A DNA stretch of 64,000 nucleotides from Alphaproteobacteria bacterium (lineage in GTDB: Bacteria; Pseudomonadota; Alphaproteobacteria; MPNO01; UBA830), in NCBI GenBank assembly GCA_964291215.2, contig OZ219791.1, positions 2,208,001-2,272,000 on the forward strand, given 5' to 3'. The notes beneath the pieces are model-generated. The model worked only from the letters and a program-made list of their open reading frames with translations, searched no databases and was not told where the DNA came from. Positions 1-10,859 of the stretch are shown here, in pieces (position 1 is the first letter of the stretch; each line of letters starts with the position of its first letter). Both the position numbers and the translations under genes were made by a program.

Positions 1-824
1 GCAACGAGAGTGTGCATGAGCGGCAGCTTGAGGCGACCCAGGACCGCTTCAGTGTTGGCGAGGTGACGCGGACCGACGTATCACTGGCGGAATCGCGTCT
101 GTCGCGCGCCCGCGCAGAGCGGATTGCGGCCGAGGGGCGCCTGACGGAAGCGCGCGCGAGCTTCGAGAACTCCGTCGGCCAGCCCGCAGGCACTATCAGC
201 CAGCCGCGCGCGCTGACCGATTTGCCGGCGACCTTGCAGGACGCGCTTGAGCAGGCCCGCAGCAACAATCTTGAAGTGGTCCGTGCGCGAGCCCTTACCG
301 AGGCCGCGCGCCAGAGGGTTGAGACCGTTGATCGGGAGCGATGGCCCAGTCTGTCGCTTACGAGCGAATACAGCTTCGATGACGATTTTCAGGGTCGCAG
401 CGACCGTCGACGCGCCTCCATCATGCTGGGATTGAGCATGCCCCTCTATACCTCTGGTTCGATCCAGTCGCGGCTTCGTCAGGCCCGGCAGGTCGTTACG
501 CAGAATCGGCAGAATGTCAGGCAACTGGTCCAGTCGTCAGTGGAAGCGACAACTGCTGCTTGGCAGAGGTTGCAGGTGGCTCGGGCGCAGATCGACGCTT
601 TCACGGCACTGGTCAAGGCCGGCGAGATAGCGCTCGCCGGAGTGCGGGAGGAAGCGGCGGTGGGCTCGCGCACCGTTCTTGATGTGCTTGACGCAGAACA
701 GGAACTTCTCGACGCGAAGGTCAATATGCTGCGCGCACGCCGTGACGAAGTTGTCGGCACGTTCCAGCTGCGCCGGTCCGTGGGCAGCCTGACCGCCAGG
801 CAGTTGGGGCTAGCCGTCCAGTAG
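1..824 (+). CDS. tolC: TolC-family outer membrane efflux protein (5' end outside window)
   Basis: OEP motifs RFSVGEVTRTDV, LSMPLYTSG and VGSRTVLDVLDAEQEL; lies upstream of valS as in alphaproteobacteria. Confidence 0.9.
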   Translation, partial: NESVHERQLEATQDRFSVGEVTRTDVSLAESRLSRARAERIAAEGRLTEARASFENSVGQPAGTISQPRALTDLPATLQDALEQARSNNLEVVRARALTEAARQRVETVDRERWPSLSLTSEYSFDDDFQGRSDRRRASIMLGLSMPLYTSGSIQSRLRQARQVVTQNRQNVRQLVQSSVEATTAAWQRLQVARAQIDAFTALVKAGEIALAGVREEAAVGSRTVLDVLDAEQELLDAKVNMLRARRDEVVGTFQLRRSVGSLTARQLGLAVQ

Positions 825-1169
825 CGCCACGCCGCCTGACCCTCGGCGCAGTCTGGCCGAAGCCGGAAATCCTCGGCACCCGCCACCGGGCGCAGCAGCA
901 TCGGTTGCTGATCCGTCTGGAGCAGTGCTGGGCCGGCGTTATTCCGGCTTTCAGTTCCCCGAAACGGTCGCTCGCAACGGTTCGTCGCATCGGCCGCTGC
1001 CTCCCGGTATCCGGCGCAGGTGAACCGCGCACGATCGGGAAGAGCGCCTCCATATAGGCTAGCAGGCTTCGCCTCAGAGCGACGAGAGGTCTGCGGACTC
1101 GGTTCGTTGTTCCGGTCTGCGGAGTGATCCGCCTGATGGTCGCGGTTGGGCGTTGGTAGCAATATGCCA

Positions 1170-2960
1170 TGTGGGGACCCCATCGAATGGAGTCCTGACG
1201 ATGACTATGGCACGGAGTGCCGGTGAGGTTCTTCGCGAGCACGTCACGCTGGAGCTTGAATGCCTCGACAGGCTGTATCTCAACGGCTACGTGCCGATGC
1301 TTCAGGCACCGGGTGGCGTGGCCTACTTGTTGCGGAATGTTCGCGGCATGCCGGTGCCGTTTTCGGCCCTGATGGCGCCGGTGACGCGGGCCTTTGTCGC
1401 GGCCCTCGAGCGGTTTGCCGGGGCGGAGGGGATCGATCTGATCACGTTCAGGCGAGCGCCAGGACAGCCGGACGCAGAAGCAGCTTCGGGACTGGCACGG
1501 CGGGGAGAAGGCGTTCGTCATGTCGGTAAGGCCCAGGAGCGCGCCCGGGTGCTGCGCACCGAGTGCTGCACCGACCCGCGGACGGGCCCGCTCGGGGCGG
1601 TCGTTGGTCTCGGGCACGGCGATGGTGAACCACTACTGTCTTTGCGCCGTCGACGACGAGTTCGGCGCTTTCTTCATCAAGTTCTGTTCCTGCTTCCCCC
1701 TACAACGCCAAGCTGTGCCTGAACGGCCACCAATACGTGAAGCGGTCCGTTCGAACCCCTCGACAACGGCATCCTGAGCTGCGCCCGGCCCGAGCTGATG
1801 CAAGAGATTGCCGGCGAGGTGACGGCCGAACGCATCGACGCCCTGTTCCGCAAGTGGCCGGCGTGCCTGCGGCACGCGTTCACGTCCGAGGACCGCGCCC
1901 GCGGCATCGATTACGAGCTGTCGATCCTGCAGGCCGAGTGCGCGCTGACCCAGGTTTTCGACCGCCCGCTTCACGGCCGCCTGTTCTTCGAGGAGGTGAT
2001 GCGCGAGAACCTCGATCCCGGCCGTCCTGACAACGTGCAGTTGATCTTTGACCGTCGCATCTCCAGGCGCACGCCAACGCGATACCGTAGCCGCGTCATT
2101 ACCGACGACGTCACGCCGTCGCTGTACGTCGACTACAAGCGTTCGCGCATCAAGCAGTACCGCAAGGAGGGCACGACGATCCCACGCTGCTAATCCGGCG
2201 ACGACTGGCGAGATTTTCTCAGTTTGCGTCGCGCTGCAATCGTGCCGCCAAGGCTCGATGGGACCTTCTTGGCGCGAAAATTGCGATTCTGGATTGGCAT
2301 GGGATCGTCGTGGGTCGCGCGCTGCGCACCGGGACCGTCATCAACAACTGCTACGACTTCGGCAGACTGCTGAAAAACCTCGATGATCTCCACAAGATCG
2401 GCTTCGCAGCCAACTGACACCTGCTGCGCGTCCAGCGTTTCAGCCACGACTGTCCTCTCGGAGCCGAAGTCTTCGATGACCTGCATCGGCCCGCGGTGGT
2501 CGACGACATGCGCGCCGCCGCGCTGCGCTTCGGCGATGCCCGCGTCCAGGCCATGCTCTCCGTCATGCTCCTGTTCTGGTTCGTGCCCGTGGGCTTCCGC
2601 AACCGCGAGCTGCGCGAGCACATCGCGCCCCTGCTCGGCCTCCCGCCCGAGCGCTACGCATCCTCGCAGGCCACCTGCGCCGCGTGCGCGGCCTCATCAA
2701 ACGCGTGTCCGGAACCCATCGTTATCATCTCACCGATGCCGGCCGGAGAGTCGCGCTGTACTATTGCCGCGTGCACCGGCGGGTGCTCAGCTTCATGCCG
2801 CGATCTTCGAGGTCAGCATGCCGCCGAAACTCGGGCGCATCGTTCACGCCTTCGACAAACAGATCGATCGCCTGTGACAAGGAGCTCAGCTCGCGGCATG
2901 ATCCTGTCACCCAAAACTTGACGCAAATGGATACGAAACCGTCCACTCAAAGAGGTCTGG
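1170..2960 (+). mobile_element. Degenerate putative transposase element of an unclassified family with C-terminal winged helix; multiple frameshifts
   Basis: Fragments across frames: VTLELECLDRLYLNGYVPMLQ, YELSILQAECALTQVFDRP, RIKQYRKEG, GFRNRELR, RGLIKRVSGTHRYHLT; inserted between tolC and valS. Confidence 0.6.
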
Positions 2961-3204
2961 CCGGCTGATCGGCGCGAGTCCCGCTGGCCGCGTTATCTCA
3001 CCCTGTTGCCGTGGCGTGGCCGTCCGGCTCGATGCGTCGCCGGCGCGCCGGAGGTGTCGGTCGCGATCACCGTATTTCGGCGGCACTTTCCGGTGGGATC
3101 GTTGCACTCCCGTCAATATCGGGCCATAACCAGTAGCGGGCTCGACGACAATGGTTTGGTCGCCGGCCGGAACGGCGATTGCAGACACCCGGAAATATCC
3201 CGAC

Positions 3205-5946
3205 ATGACAATGGACAAGACATACCGCCCTCAGGAGGTGGAACGGCGCATCGTTGATCTCTGGGAGGCTGGCGGCGCCTTCGGCTGCGGTCACACCCGC
3301 ACGGGCGGAAAGACCGGCGAATCCTATTCCATCGTGATCCCGCCGCCAAACGTGACCGGCAGCCTGCACATGGGTCATGCCCTCAACAATACGCTGCAGG
3401 ACATTCTTGTCCGTTTCGAACGCATGCGCGGCCGTGATGTCCTGTGGCAGCCGGGCACTGACCATGCCGGCATCGCCACGCAGATGGTCGTGGAACGGCA
3501 GTTGGCCGAACAGGGAATAGGGCTGGCACGCGGTTCGGCGGCTGACAACGATGATTCTGGCCATGTTGGCCGTGATGAATTCGTCGAACGTGTTTGGGCG
3601 TGGAAGAAAGAGAGCGGCGGAACGATTACGGGCCAGCTGAGGCGGCTTGGCGCATCGCTCGACTGGAGCCGCGAGCGCTTCACGATGGACGAAGGCTTGT
3701 CCGTGGCGGTGCTCGAAGTCTTCGTCAGCCTCTATCGTGAAGGGCTGATCTACAAGGACAAGCGGCTGGTGAACTGGGATCCCCAGTTCCACACAGCGAT
3801 TTCCGATCTCGAGGTGGACCAGAAGGAGGTCCAAGGAAATCTCTGGTATATCAGCTATCCCATCGAGAACCGGCCCGGGGAATCGATTACGGTTGCAACC
3901 ACGCGGCCCGAGACGATGCTCGGCGACACCGGAATCGCCGTTCACCCGGACAATCCGCGGTGGAAGCATCTGATCGGCAAGTTGGCCGTCCTTCCGCTGG
4001 TCGGCCGGAAGATCCCCATCGTTGCGGACGAATATTCGGATCCGGAGATGGGTAGCGGTGCAGTCAAGATCACCCCGGCCCACGATTTCAACGACTTCGA
4101 GGTCGGCGCGCGGCACGGCCTCGACGTGATCAACATCCTGACGGCCGACGCGCATCTGAACGACTCCGTACCCGAGGCCTACCGGGGGCTTGAGAGATTC
4201 GAGGCGCGCAAGCGCGTGGTTGAGGATCTGGAAGCGGCCGGGCTGATCGAGAAAATCGAGACCCATGCCCATACGGTTCCGCATGGCGACAGGTCGGGTG
4301 TACCCATCGAACCGTTCCTGACCGAACAGTGGTATGTGGACGCGCAGACCCTGGCCGATTCGGCGATAGCGGCCGTCGAGCAGGGACGGACGAGGTTCGT
4401 TCCGAAGCAGTGGGAACGGACCTACTTCCACTGGATGCGCAACATCGAGCCCTGGTGCATCTCGCGTCAGCTCTGGTGGGGACATCGTATTCCCGCCTGG
4501 TACGGTCCCGACGGAGAGATCTTCGTCGCCCTGTCCGAGGACGAGGCGATGGAAGCGGCGCGTGCGCACTATGGCAAGGATGTCTCGCTCAGCCGTGATC
4601 CCGATGTCCTCGATACCTGGTTTTCTTCGGCGCTGTGGCCATTCTCGACGCTGGGCTGGCCGGACGACACTCCGGAGCTGAACCACCACTACCCGACCGA
4701 TGTCCTGGTGACCGGTTTCGACATCATCTTCTTCTGGGTTGCGCGCATGATGATGATGGGGCTTCACTTCATGAAGGATGTCCCTTTCCACGATGTCTAT
4801 ATCCATGCGCTGGTCCGCGACGAGAAGGGCCGGAAGATGTCGAAGAGCCTCGGCAACGTGATGGATCCGCTGGAAATGATCGATCGTTACGGTGCCGATG
4901 CGCTCCGCTTCACGTTGACGGCACTCGCTGCGCAGGGGCGTGACGTCAAGCTTGCAACGGGGCGCTTGGAGGGGTACCGGAATTTCGTAACCAAGCTCTG
5001 GAATGCGGCGCGCTTCACGCGCATGAACGGATGTGCGCCGGTTGCGGATTTTGATCCGGCGTCCTGCAGACTGACCATCAATCGCTGGATTATCGGGGAA
5101 ACGGTGAAAGTTGGTGCGGAGATCGTCACGGCGCTCGAGGAGTACCGCTTCAATGAGGCCGCGCAGAGCGCCTACCGGTTCGTGTGGCACAGATTCTGTG
5201 ACTGGTATCTCGAGTTCGCGAAGCCGGTGTTTCAGGATGGAAGCGCGGAGGATCAGACGGAGACCCGTGCGGCCACTTCATGGGTGCTCGACCAGATCCT
5301 CCATTTCCTGCACCCGATCATGCCGTTCGTGACTGAGGAGTTGTGGGCCCAGCTCGCGCCGGATGCCGGCCGCGATCACTTGCTGGTGTCGCGTTCGTGG
5401 CCCACGCCTGCCGACTCCCTCCGCGATCAGGGGGCCGAAGAGGAGATGGACTGGGTGGTTCGCATGGTCAGTTCCGTGCGGGCTGTCCGTTCGGAAATGA
5501 ACGTCCCGGCATCGGCGGAGCTGGAAATGACACTTGTCGGCGCTTCCGACCGGACGAAAACGAGGGTGGAGGTCCATATGGCTTCCCTGGTCCGTCTGGC
5601 ACGGCTGTCGAAGGTGTCGTCTGCAGAAGCGCTGCCGGAGGATGTCGTCCAGATGGTGGTCGACGAGACGACGATCGGGTTGCCGCTCGGCGACGTCATC
5701 GACGTGGCCGCCGAGACTGCTCGGCTCCAGCGGGAGTTGAAGAAGACCACGGCCGAAATCGAGAAGGCGCAAAAGAAGCTCGCCAACCGGGATTTCGTCT
5801 CCAGGGCTCCGCCTGAGGTCGTGGAGGAGCAGCGGGAGCGCGCGGCCGAGAGCCAGCAGGTACATGACAGGCTGGCGGAAGCCTTGCAGAGGCTGGCCCC
5901 TCTGGCAGAAAACTCGGCCCCAGCGGATTCACGGCCACGGGCCTGA
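3205..5946 (+). CDS. valS: Valine--tRNA ligase
   Basis: PPPNVTGSLHMGH (HIGH), KMSKS, WCISRQLWWGH, C-terminal coiled coil; ATG at 3205 or 3211. Confidence 0.98.
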   Translation: MTMDKTYRPQEVERRIVDLWEAGGAFGCGHTRTGGKTGESYSIVIPPPNVTGSLHMGHALNNTLQDILVRFERMRGRDVLWQPGTDHAGIATQMVVERQLAEQGIGLARGSAADNDDSGHVGRDEFVERVWAWKKESGGTITGQLRRLGASLDWSRERFTMDEGLSVAVLEVFVSLYREGLIYKDKRLVNWDPQFHTAISDLEVDQKEVQGNLWYISYPIENRPGESITVATTRPETMLGDTGIAVHPDNPRWKHLIGKLAVLPLVGRKIPIVADEYSDPEMGSGAVKITPAHDFNDFEVGARHGLDVINILTADAHLNDSVPEAYRGLERFEARKRVVEDLEAAGLIEKIETHAHTVPHGDRSGVPIEPFLTEQWYVDAQTLADSAIAAVEQGRTRFVPKQWERTYFHWMRNIEPWCISRQLWWGHRIPAWYGPDGEIFVALSEDEAMEAARAHYGKDVSLSRDPDVLDTWFSSALWPFSTLGWPDDTPELNHHYPTDVLVTGFDIIFFWVARMMMMGLHFMKDVPFHDVYIHALVRDEKGRKMSKSLGNVMDPLEMIDRYGADALRFTLTALAAQGRDVKLATGRLEGYRNFVTKLWNAARFTRMNGCAPVADFDPASCRLTINRWIIGETVKVGAEIVTALEEYRFNEAAQSAYRFVWHRFCDWYLEFAKPVFQDGSAEDQTETRAATSWVLDQILHFLHPIMPFVTEELWAQLAPDAGRDHLLVSRSWPTPADSLRDQGAEEEMDWVVRMVSSVRAVRSEMNVPASAELEMTLVGASDRTKTRVEVHMASLVRLARLSKVSSAEALPEDVVQMVVDETTIGLPLGDVIDVAAETARLQRELKKTTAEIEKAQKKLANRDFVSRAPPEVVEEQRERAAESQQVHDRLAEALQRLAPLAENSAPADSRPRA

Positions 5947-5958
5947 GGAGCGGCCGAC

Positions 5959-6858
5959 ATGAACGCTGTCCGGATCGGCACATCAGAAAAGGGTGGAACG
6001 TTTTGGTCCCAGGGGGAGGCGGTCGCGTGTCTGCTCAGGCGTAGCCACGGGTTCGATTGTCAGGTCCTCGATGCCGCGGAGGCCAGTATCGAGAACGCGC
6101 GAAAGCTTGAGGAAGACCGGCTTGATTTCGGTTTCATGGCCTCGAACTGGATCGGGCGCGCCAGGAATGCCGAGCCTCCCTTCGAGAAACCTGTCGATAT
6201 CCGCATGGTGGCGCCGGCGAATTCAGGCGCGATGTTCTTCATAGTCCGCGAAGACAGTTCGCTGCAGACGATCCGTGACATGATCGGGCGCCGGGTATCC
6301 ATCGGACCGCGGGGGAGCGGCATGGTTCAGCATGTTCACACGATCTTCGGTACCCTCGGGATCGGCCTTGACGAATTCGAGCCGGTGTATCTCTCCTTTG
6401 CCGAGGGTGGCACGGCGCTGGAGGCCGGCGATGTCGACGGCCAGTGGCAATGTCCCTATCCCAACCCGGTCATGCGCGATATCAGCGAGCGGTTCGCTGT
6501 CAGGGTTCTCGATTACGATCCAGCGGACCTCGACAAGGTTCTCGGCGCGGTTGACGTCTATCGCCCCTCGATCATGGCCAAAGGGACGTTTCGCGGGATT
6601 GCGCGCGACACGCGTCAGCTCGCGGTGGTCAATGTCATAGCCGCGCACGCGCGTACGGATGCCGAAACCGTGCGGAAATTCGTTTCGACGATGCTCGACA
6701 ATCTCGACGAACTCGCTGCCGCCAATCCGCTGTTCAGAGGACTCGGCGACCTGTTCGAGCCGTTGCGAAAGGACGGGGTCGCCGCTCTGGAATTCGGAGG
6801 CGTGCCACTGCATGCCGGTGCGGTCCGCGCCTGCCGGGACGCCGGCTATATCGATTGA
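5959..6858 (+). CDS. TAXI-family TRAP solute-binding protein (orphan, no obvious signal peptide)
   Basis: IGTSEKGGTF, SIEN, GRRVSIGPRGSG, VPLHAGA motifs. Confidence 0.85.
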   Translation: MNAVRIGTSEKGGTFWSQGEAVACLLRRSHGFDCQVLDAAEASIENARKLEEDRLDFGFMASNWIGRARNAEPPFEKPVDIRMVAPANSGAMFFIVREDSSLQTIRDMIGRRVSIGPRGSGMVQHVHTIFGTLGIGLDEFEPVYLSFAEGGTALEAGDVDGQWQCPYPNPVMRDISERFAVRVLDYDPADLDKVLGAVDVYRPSIMAKGTFRGIARDTRQLAVVNVIAAHARTDAETVRKFVSTMLDNLDELAAANPLFRGLGDLFEPLRKDGVAALEFGGVPLHAGAVRACRDAGYID

Positions 6859-7293
6859 GCAGAGCGCTTGCGGCACGGGATCGCGAGCGATTTTCCGGAT
6901 CCGGCCGCACTCTCGACTTTCACCCTTTCCCATTCGGAACAGCCCACCGGGAGGACATACCCGTAGCGGCGCTCGGCGAAATGCCGACTGCTTCCGATTA
7001 TCGGCGCGGCGACATCGGTCCTCGCTGTCTGCGAACGGATTTCGTTGTTTGGATCACGCGGGCCGAAGGCGACATATGCCGGCTCGACGAAGACCGCGCC
7101 CCGTTCAGGCTCTGCAATGATGGTTGGCAGCAATCCGTGGTATCGGGCATGGGCGAGGCGCCCGGCGACCGCCATGTGCTCCTCGACAACAGGTTCCGGG
7201 AGCGCAACTTCGTGATGGCGGGCTGCCTCGCCAACAAACTTGTCGCGTCCCCTTCAAGATCGCGCCGCTGAGATGGCTACGCGGGGAGCATTT

Positions 7294-9609
7294 TCACGAT
7301 CCGAGAATGGCGGGGGGTGTGAACGCGGTAATCTCGGGAGGTTCGTGCTCGAACCGTTCGACCTGCACCAGTGCGGTCTGTGCCGCGCAGCACTGGGTGA
7401 GCGTTGAGGTCGGTTTGTCGATGGTCAGCACGTTGGGATTGCCATGCTTATCCAGGCTTCCGGGGGTCGCCGGATCGACGGGATCGAACCAGGCGCCGGT
7501 CGCAAGCTCGATCACGCCCTTGCGGATTGCGTCGGTGACGATGGCGCCGGCAAGGCATGCGCCCCGGTCGTTGAACACGCGCACGATGTCGCCGTCGGCG
7601 ATGCCCCTAGCGGCCGCGTCATCGGGATTCAGCCGCATCGCCTCGCGGCCAGCGATCTTACCGTCGCGGCTCACCGAACCACAGTCGAGCTGGCTGTGGA
7701 GGCGAGTGCGCGGCTGGTTTGAGACCATGTGGAGCGGAAAGCGTTCCGCCTTGTCACTACCGAGCCACTCTACCGGTTCCATCCAGGTCGGATGGCCCGG
7801 AACATCGTCATAGCCCAGCTCGGCGATGGTCTCCGAGTATATCTCGATCCTTCCCGACGGCGTCTTGAGGGCCGCGCCGTCAGGGTCCTCGCGGAAATCG
7901 GCAAAGGGGATTGGCGGGTTGTCGGGCTGGGAATGTTCGAAATACCCGGCCTCCCAGAACCCGTCGAAGCCAGGCATCTCGGTACCGTCCTTCGCAACGC
8001 GCTGGCGGTAGACGTCGTAGAGGTGGCGCAGCCACTCCATCTCGCTACGGTCCTCGGTGAAAGCTTCGGCAAAACCGAGCCTGCCTGCGAGGGCGCTGTA
8101 AATCTCGTATTCGCTACGTGCTTCGCCCACGGGATCGATCGCCTGCTGGCTGGCGAAGACGAAGCGGTCGAAATTGGATGCTGCAATGTCGTTGCGCTCC
8201 AGAGTCGTCGAGCAGGGCAACACGATGTCCGCCCGCTTCGCCGCCGGTGTCCACCAAGGTTCATGTATCACGATGGTGTCCGGTTTGGCCCAGCCCTTGA
8301 GCAGGTTGTTGAGGTCCTGTTGTTTGTGGAAAGGGTTGCCGCCGCACCAGTAGATCAACCGGATATCCGGGTAGCTGCGGTCCTCGCCGTTGAAACTGTA
8401 CGGTGCGCCGGGGTTGAGCAGCATGTCTGCCAACCGCGCGACGGGGATCCAGCGGTCGACCCCGTTCCTTCCCACCGGGATTTTCGGTGGCGCCACCTGC
8501 CGGGTCGCAGCGCCGATTCCGTGCATGGCGCCGTACCCGAAGCCGAACCCGCCTCCAGGCAGGCCAATCTGGCCGAGCATGGCCGCGAGCACGATGGTCA
8601 TCCAGTAGGGTTGCTCGCCGTGGTCGGCGCGCTGGACCGACCAGCTTACGCCCATCAGCGTGCGCGAATCTGCCATCCGGCGTGCGAGGCCGCGAATCGT
8701 CTCGGCCGGCATTCCGGAAATCCCGAAAGCCCATTCAGCGTCCCTGGCGCTCCCGTTGTCCCCTCCGAGAAGGTACGCGGCCAGCCTGTCGAATCCGGTG
8801 CAGTAGCGTGCAAGGAAACTGGCATCGTGCAGATCTTCGCTGAGAAGCGTGTGCGCGAGCCCCAGCATCACGGCGAGATCGGTATTGGGCCGGATCGGAT
8901 GCCATTCCGCCGCGACCTCGTCGCCGGTATCGTCGCGGATCGGGCTGATGCAGACGAACTGGGTCCCGGCTTTCACCGCACGCCGGTGCCAGTCGGCGGC
9001 CTCATGCGCGCCGACGCCGCCCTGATTGACGTTGGTGTTCTTGGGCGGCATGCCGCCAAACGTCACCATCAGATCGGTGTGCTCCACGATCATGGGCCAA
9101 GTGTTGACTGGCCCGATGACCGGCTTCATCGAACCGACGATGCGCGGGACGATCACGCTCGCTGCGCCGAAGCTGTAATTTGTCACCTGGTCGACGAAGC
9201 CGCCATAGAGGTTGAGGAAGCGGGTAAGCTGGGCGCGCGCGTCATGGAAGCCGCCTGCGCTGCCCCAGCCCGAGCTGCCGTAAACGGCTTCGTTGCCATA
9301 GTCGCTTCTGACCCGCTCAAGCTCGGCTGCCACCAGATCGAGTGCGCGGTCCCAGCTCACCGAGACGAAAGGCTCCGCGCCCCGTGCTGCGGTGTTGGCC
9401 CCCGGCCCGTCTTCCAGCCACGACTTGCGCACGGCGGGCGTTGCGACGCGACATTTGGCGTGGACAGCGTCCGGCAGCGCCTGGATGAAAGGCGCCGGGC
9501 TCGGGTCCTTGTCGAACGGCTTTACGCCGACCAGCCGTCCATCTGTCGCTTCGGCTGTGAAAGCGCCCCAATGACTCGCCCCGAGTGCAGTTCGCGTTCC
9601 ATCAGGCAT
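7294..9609 (-). CDS. Molybdopterin (bis-MGD) S/N-oxide reductase, BisC/DorA/TorA family, no Tat signal
   Basis: SHWG, VSWSVQRADHGEQ, WCGGNPF, ADIVLP, RLHSQL motifs; Mo-ligand Ser in NYSFGAA. Confidence 0.9.
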   Translation of the reverse strand: MPDGTRTALGASHWGAFTAEATDGRLVGVKPFDKDPSPAPFIQALPDAVHAKCRVATPAVRKSWLEDGPGANTAARGAEPFVSVSWDRALDLVAAELERVRSDYGNEAVYGSSGWGSAGGFHDARAQLTRFLNLYGGFVDQVTNYSFGAASVIVPRIVGSMKPVIGPVNTWPMIVEHTDLMVTFGGMPPKNTNVNQGGVGAHEAADWHRRAVKAGTQFVCISPIRDDTGDEVAAEWHPIRPNTDLAVMLGLAHTLLSEDLHDASFLARYCTGFDRLAAYLLGGDNGSARDAEWAFGISGMPAETIRGLARRMADSRTLMGVSWSVQRADHGEQPYWMTIVLAAMLGQIGLPGGGFGFGYGAMHGIGAATRQVAPPKIPVGRNGVDRWIPVARLADMLLNPGAPYSFNGEDRSYPDIRLIYWCGGNPFHKQQDLNNLLKGWAKPDTIVIHEPWWTPAAKRADIVLPCSTTLERNDIAASNFDRFVFASQQAIDPVGEARSEYEIYSALAGRLGFAEAFTEDRSEMEWLRHLYDVYRQRVAKDGTEMPGFDGFWEAGYFEHSQPDNPPIPFADFREDPDGAALKTPSGRIEIYSETIAELGYDDVPGHPTWMEPVEWLGSDKAERFPLHMVSNQPRTRLHSQLDCGSVSRDGKIAGREAMRLNPDDAAARGIADGDIVRVFNDRGACLAGAIVTDAIRKGVIELATGAWFDPVDPATPGSLDKHGNPNVLTIDKPTSTLTQCCAAQTALVQVERFEHEPPEITAFTPPAILGS

Positions 9610-9868
9610 GTTCCGGTCTCCGTGCATGGCCGCGACGGGCATGGGGATGATCCCGATGCTGCAACGAAGCGGACCTTCGCGACATTGCCTTTTGAATGCA
9701 AGGATTTTCTGGTCGGATCTCTGTCGTTCTGCCACGATGTCCGCCGTTGAACGAAAGCGCCGGACCGAGGCGAAGATTGCGATGCGGATGGTTTCGACTT
9801 GTTCGGCCCCAGTCCGATCACATGAACTGCGTTGCCGGAACAGGCGGCGTGCGCTGCTGCCGGCCGGA

Positions 9869-10594
9869 TCAGAATATCTCGGAGAAGAAGTTCCGCATCA
9901 TCCTGTAGGACTGCTTGGTCAGCTTTTCGTCGTAGCGCTGGAATTCGTTGAATTTACCGACATCGCAGAACGAGTGGCTTGCGTGACCGTACATCATGAG
10001 CTGCCAATCGGTGCCGGCTTCGGTAAGCTCTGCCTCGAGATCGTCGATCAGTTTGCGCGGCGTGACCGGGTCCGCCGAGCCGTGAAAGATCAGGATGCGC
10101 CCCCTGAAATCCGGCCGGGCTTCGGCATTGACGGGATTGGGCAGGGTCACGTGGAAGACTACGGTGCCCTCGTAGTCCGCGCCTGCGCGTGACTGCTCGA
10201 GCGCAAAGCCACCGCCGATGCAATAGCCGATGAGGCCGCGCTTGCCGGGATCGAGGAGGTCGCGTTCCGAGGCGGCTGACATCAGGGCCTGATCTGCGGC
10301 GGCACCGCATCCGAGGATGAATGGTAGGTCGGCGCGAACCTCCCGCGAAATCCGCATCAACTCGTCGAAATCCTTCTCTCGTTCACCGTATCCCGCGCCG
10401 AACATGTCGGCGATCATCACCACATAGTCCCTGCCGGCGACATCGGCCGCCATGTCGATCGAATGGCGGCATACTCCGAGCCAGTCGGGCTGCATGAGGA
10501 TCGCCGGACGCCTGTCGGTGATGCTGTCGTCATAGACCAGCATTCCCTCGAACGCGCGGTCGTCATATGTGTAGCCTACTGATATCTCGGCCAT
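9869..10594 (-). CDS. Dienelactone hydrolase family protein
   Basis: GYCIGG nucleophile motif, HGSADP, HSF; RBS AGGGGGAAG upstream of ATG 10594. Confidence 0.88.
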   Translation of the reverse strand: MAEISVGYTYDDRAFEGMLVYDDSITDRRPAILMQPDWLGVCRHSIDMAADVAGRDYVVMIADMFGAGYGEREKDFDELMRISREVRADLPFILGCGAAADQALMSAASERDLLDPGKRGLIGYCIGGGFALEQSRAGADYEGTVVFHVTLPNPVNAEARPDFRGRILIFHGSADPVTPRKLIDDLEAELTEAGTDWQLMMYGHASHSFCDVGKFNEFQRYDEKLTKQSYRMMRNFFSEIF

Positions 10595-10859
10595 GTCATT
10601 CTTCCCCCTGCTGCTGGTCCAGACTCCCGATCGTGTCAAAGCGGGATCGGGAGGCGCCCCCGCGGATCCCTCGTCCGGTTTCCGCGCTGAACAAGCCTAG
10701 CAGATTGTGATTCTCATCCAACGGCCGATTCTTCTGGATCCCGGATCCAGCGGCAGCAGGGGCCATCAGGCCGGACAACTTTCATGAACGGGCCAAGGTT
10801 CCAAGCAAGGGACGCATGTCATATATTCGCCGTCACGGTGCCTATTGTTGGAGGTCAGG

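Noticed and set aside
3067-5190. 707-aa antisense ORF (also 7729-9750, 49798-51348, 61476-62894)
   Set aside because: Shadow ORFs opposite well-supported genes, expected at high GC; no recognisable motifs
6860-7290. Short ORFs between the TAXI gene and the Mo-enzyme gene
   Set aside because: No recognisable motif or RBS; possibly an eroded gene but unsupported
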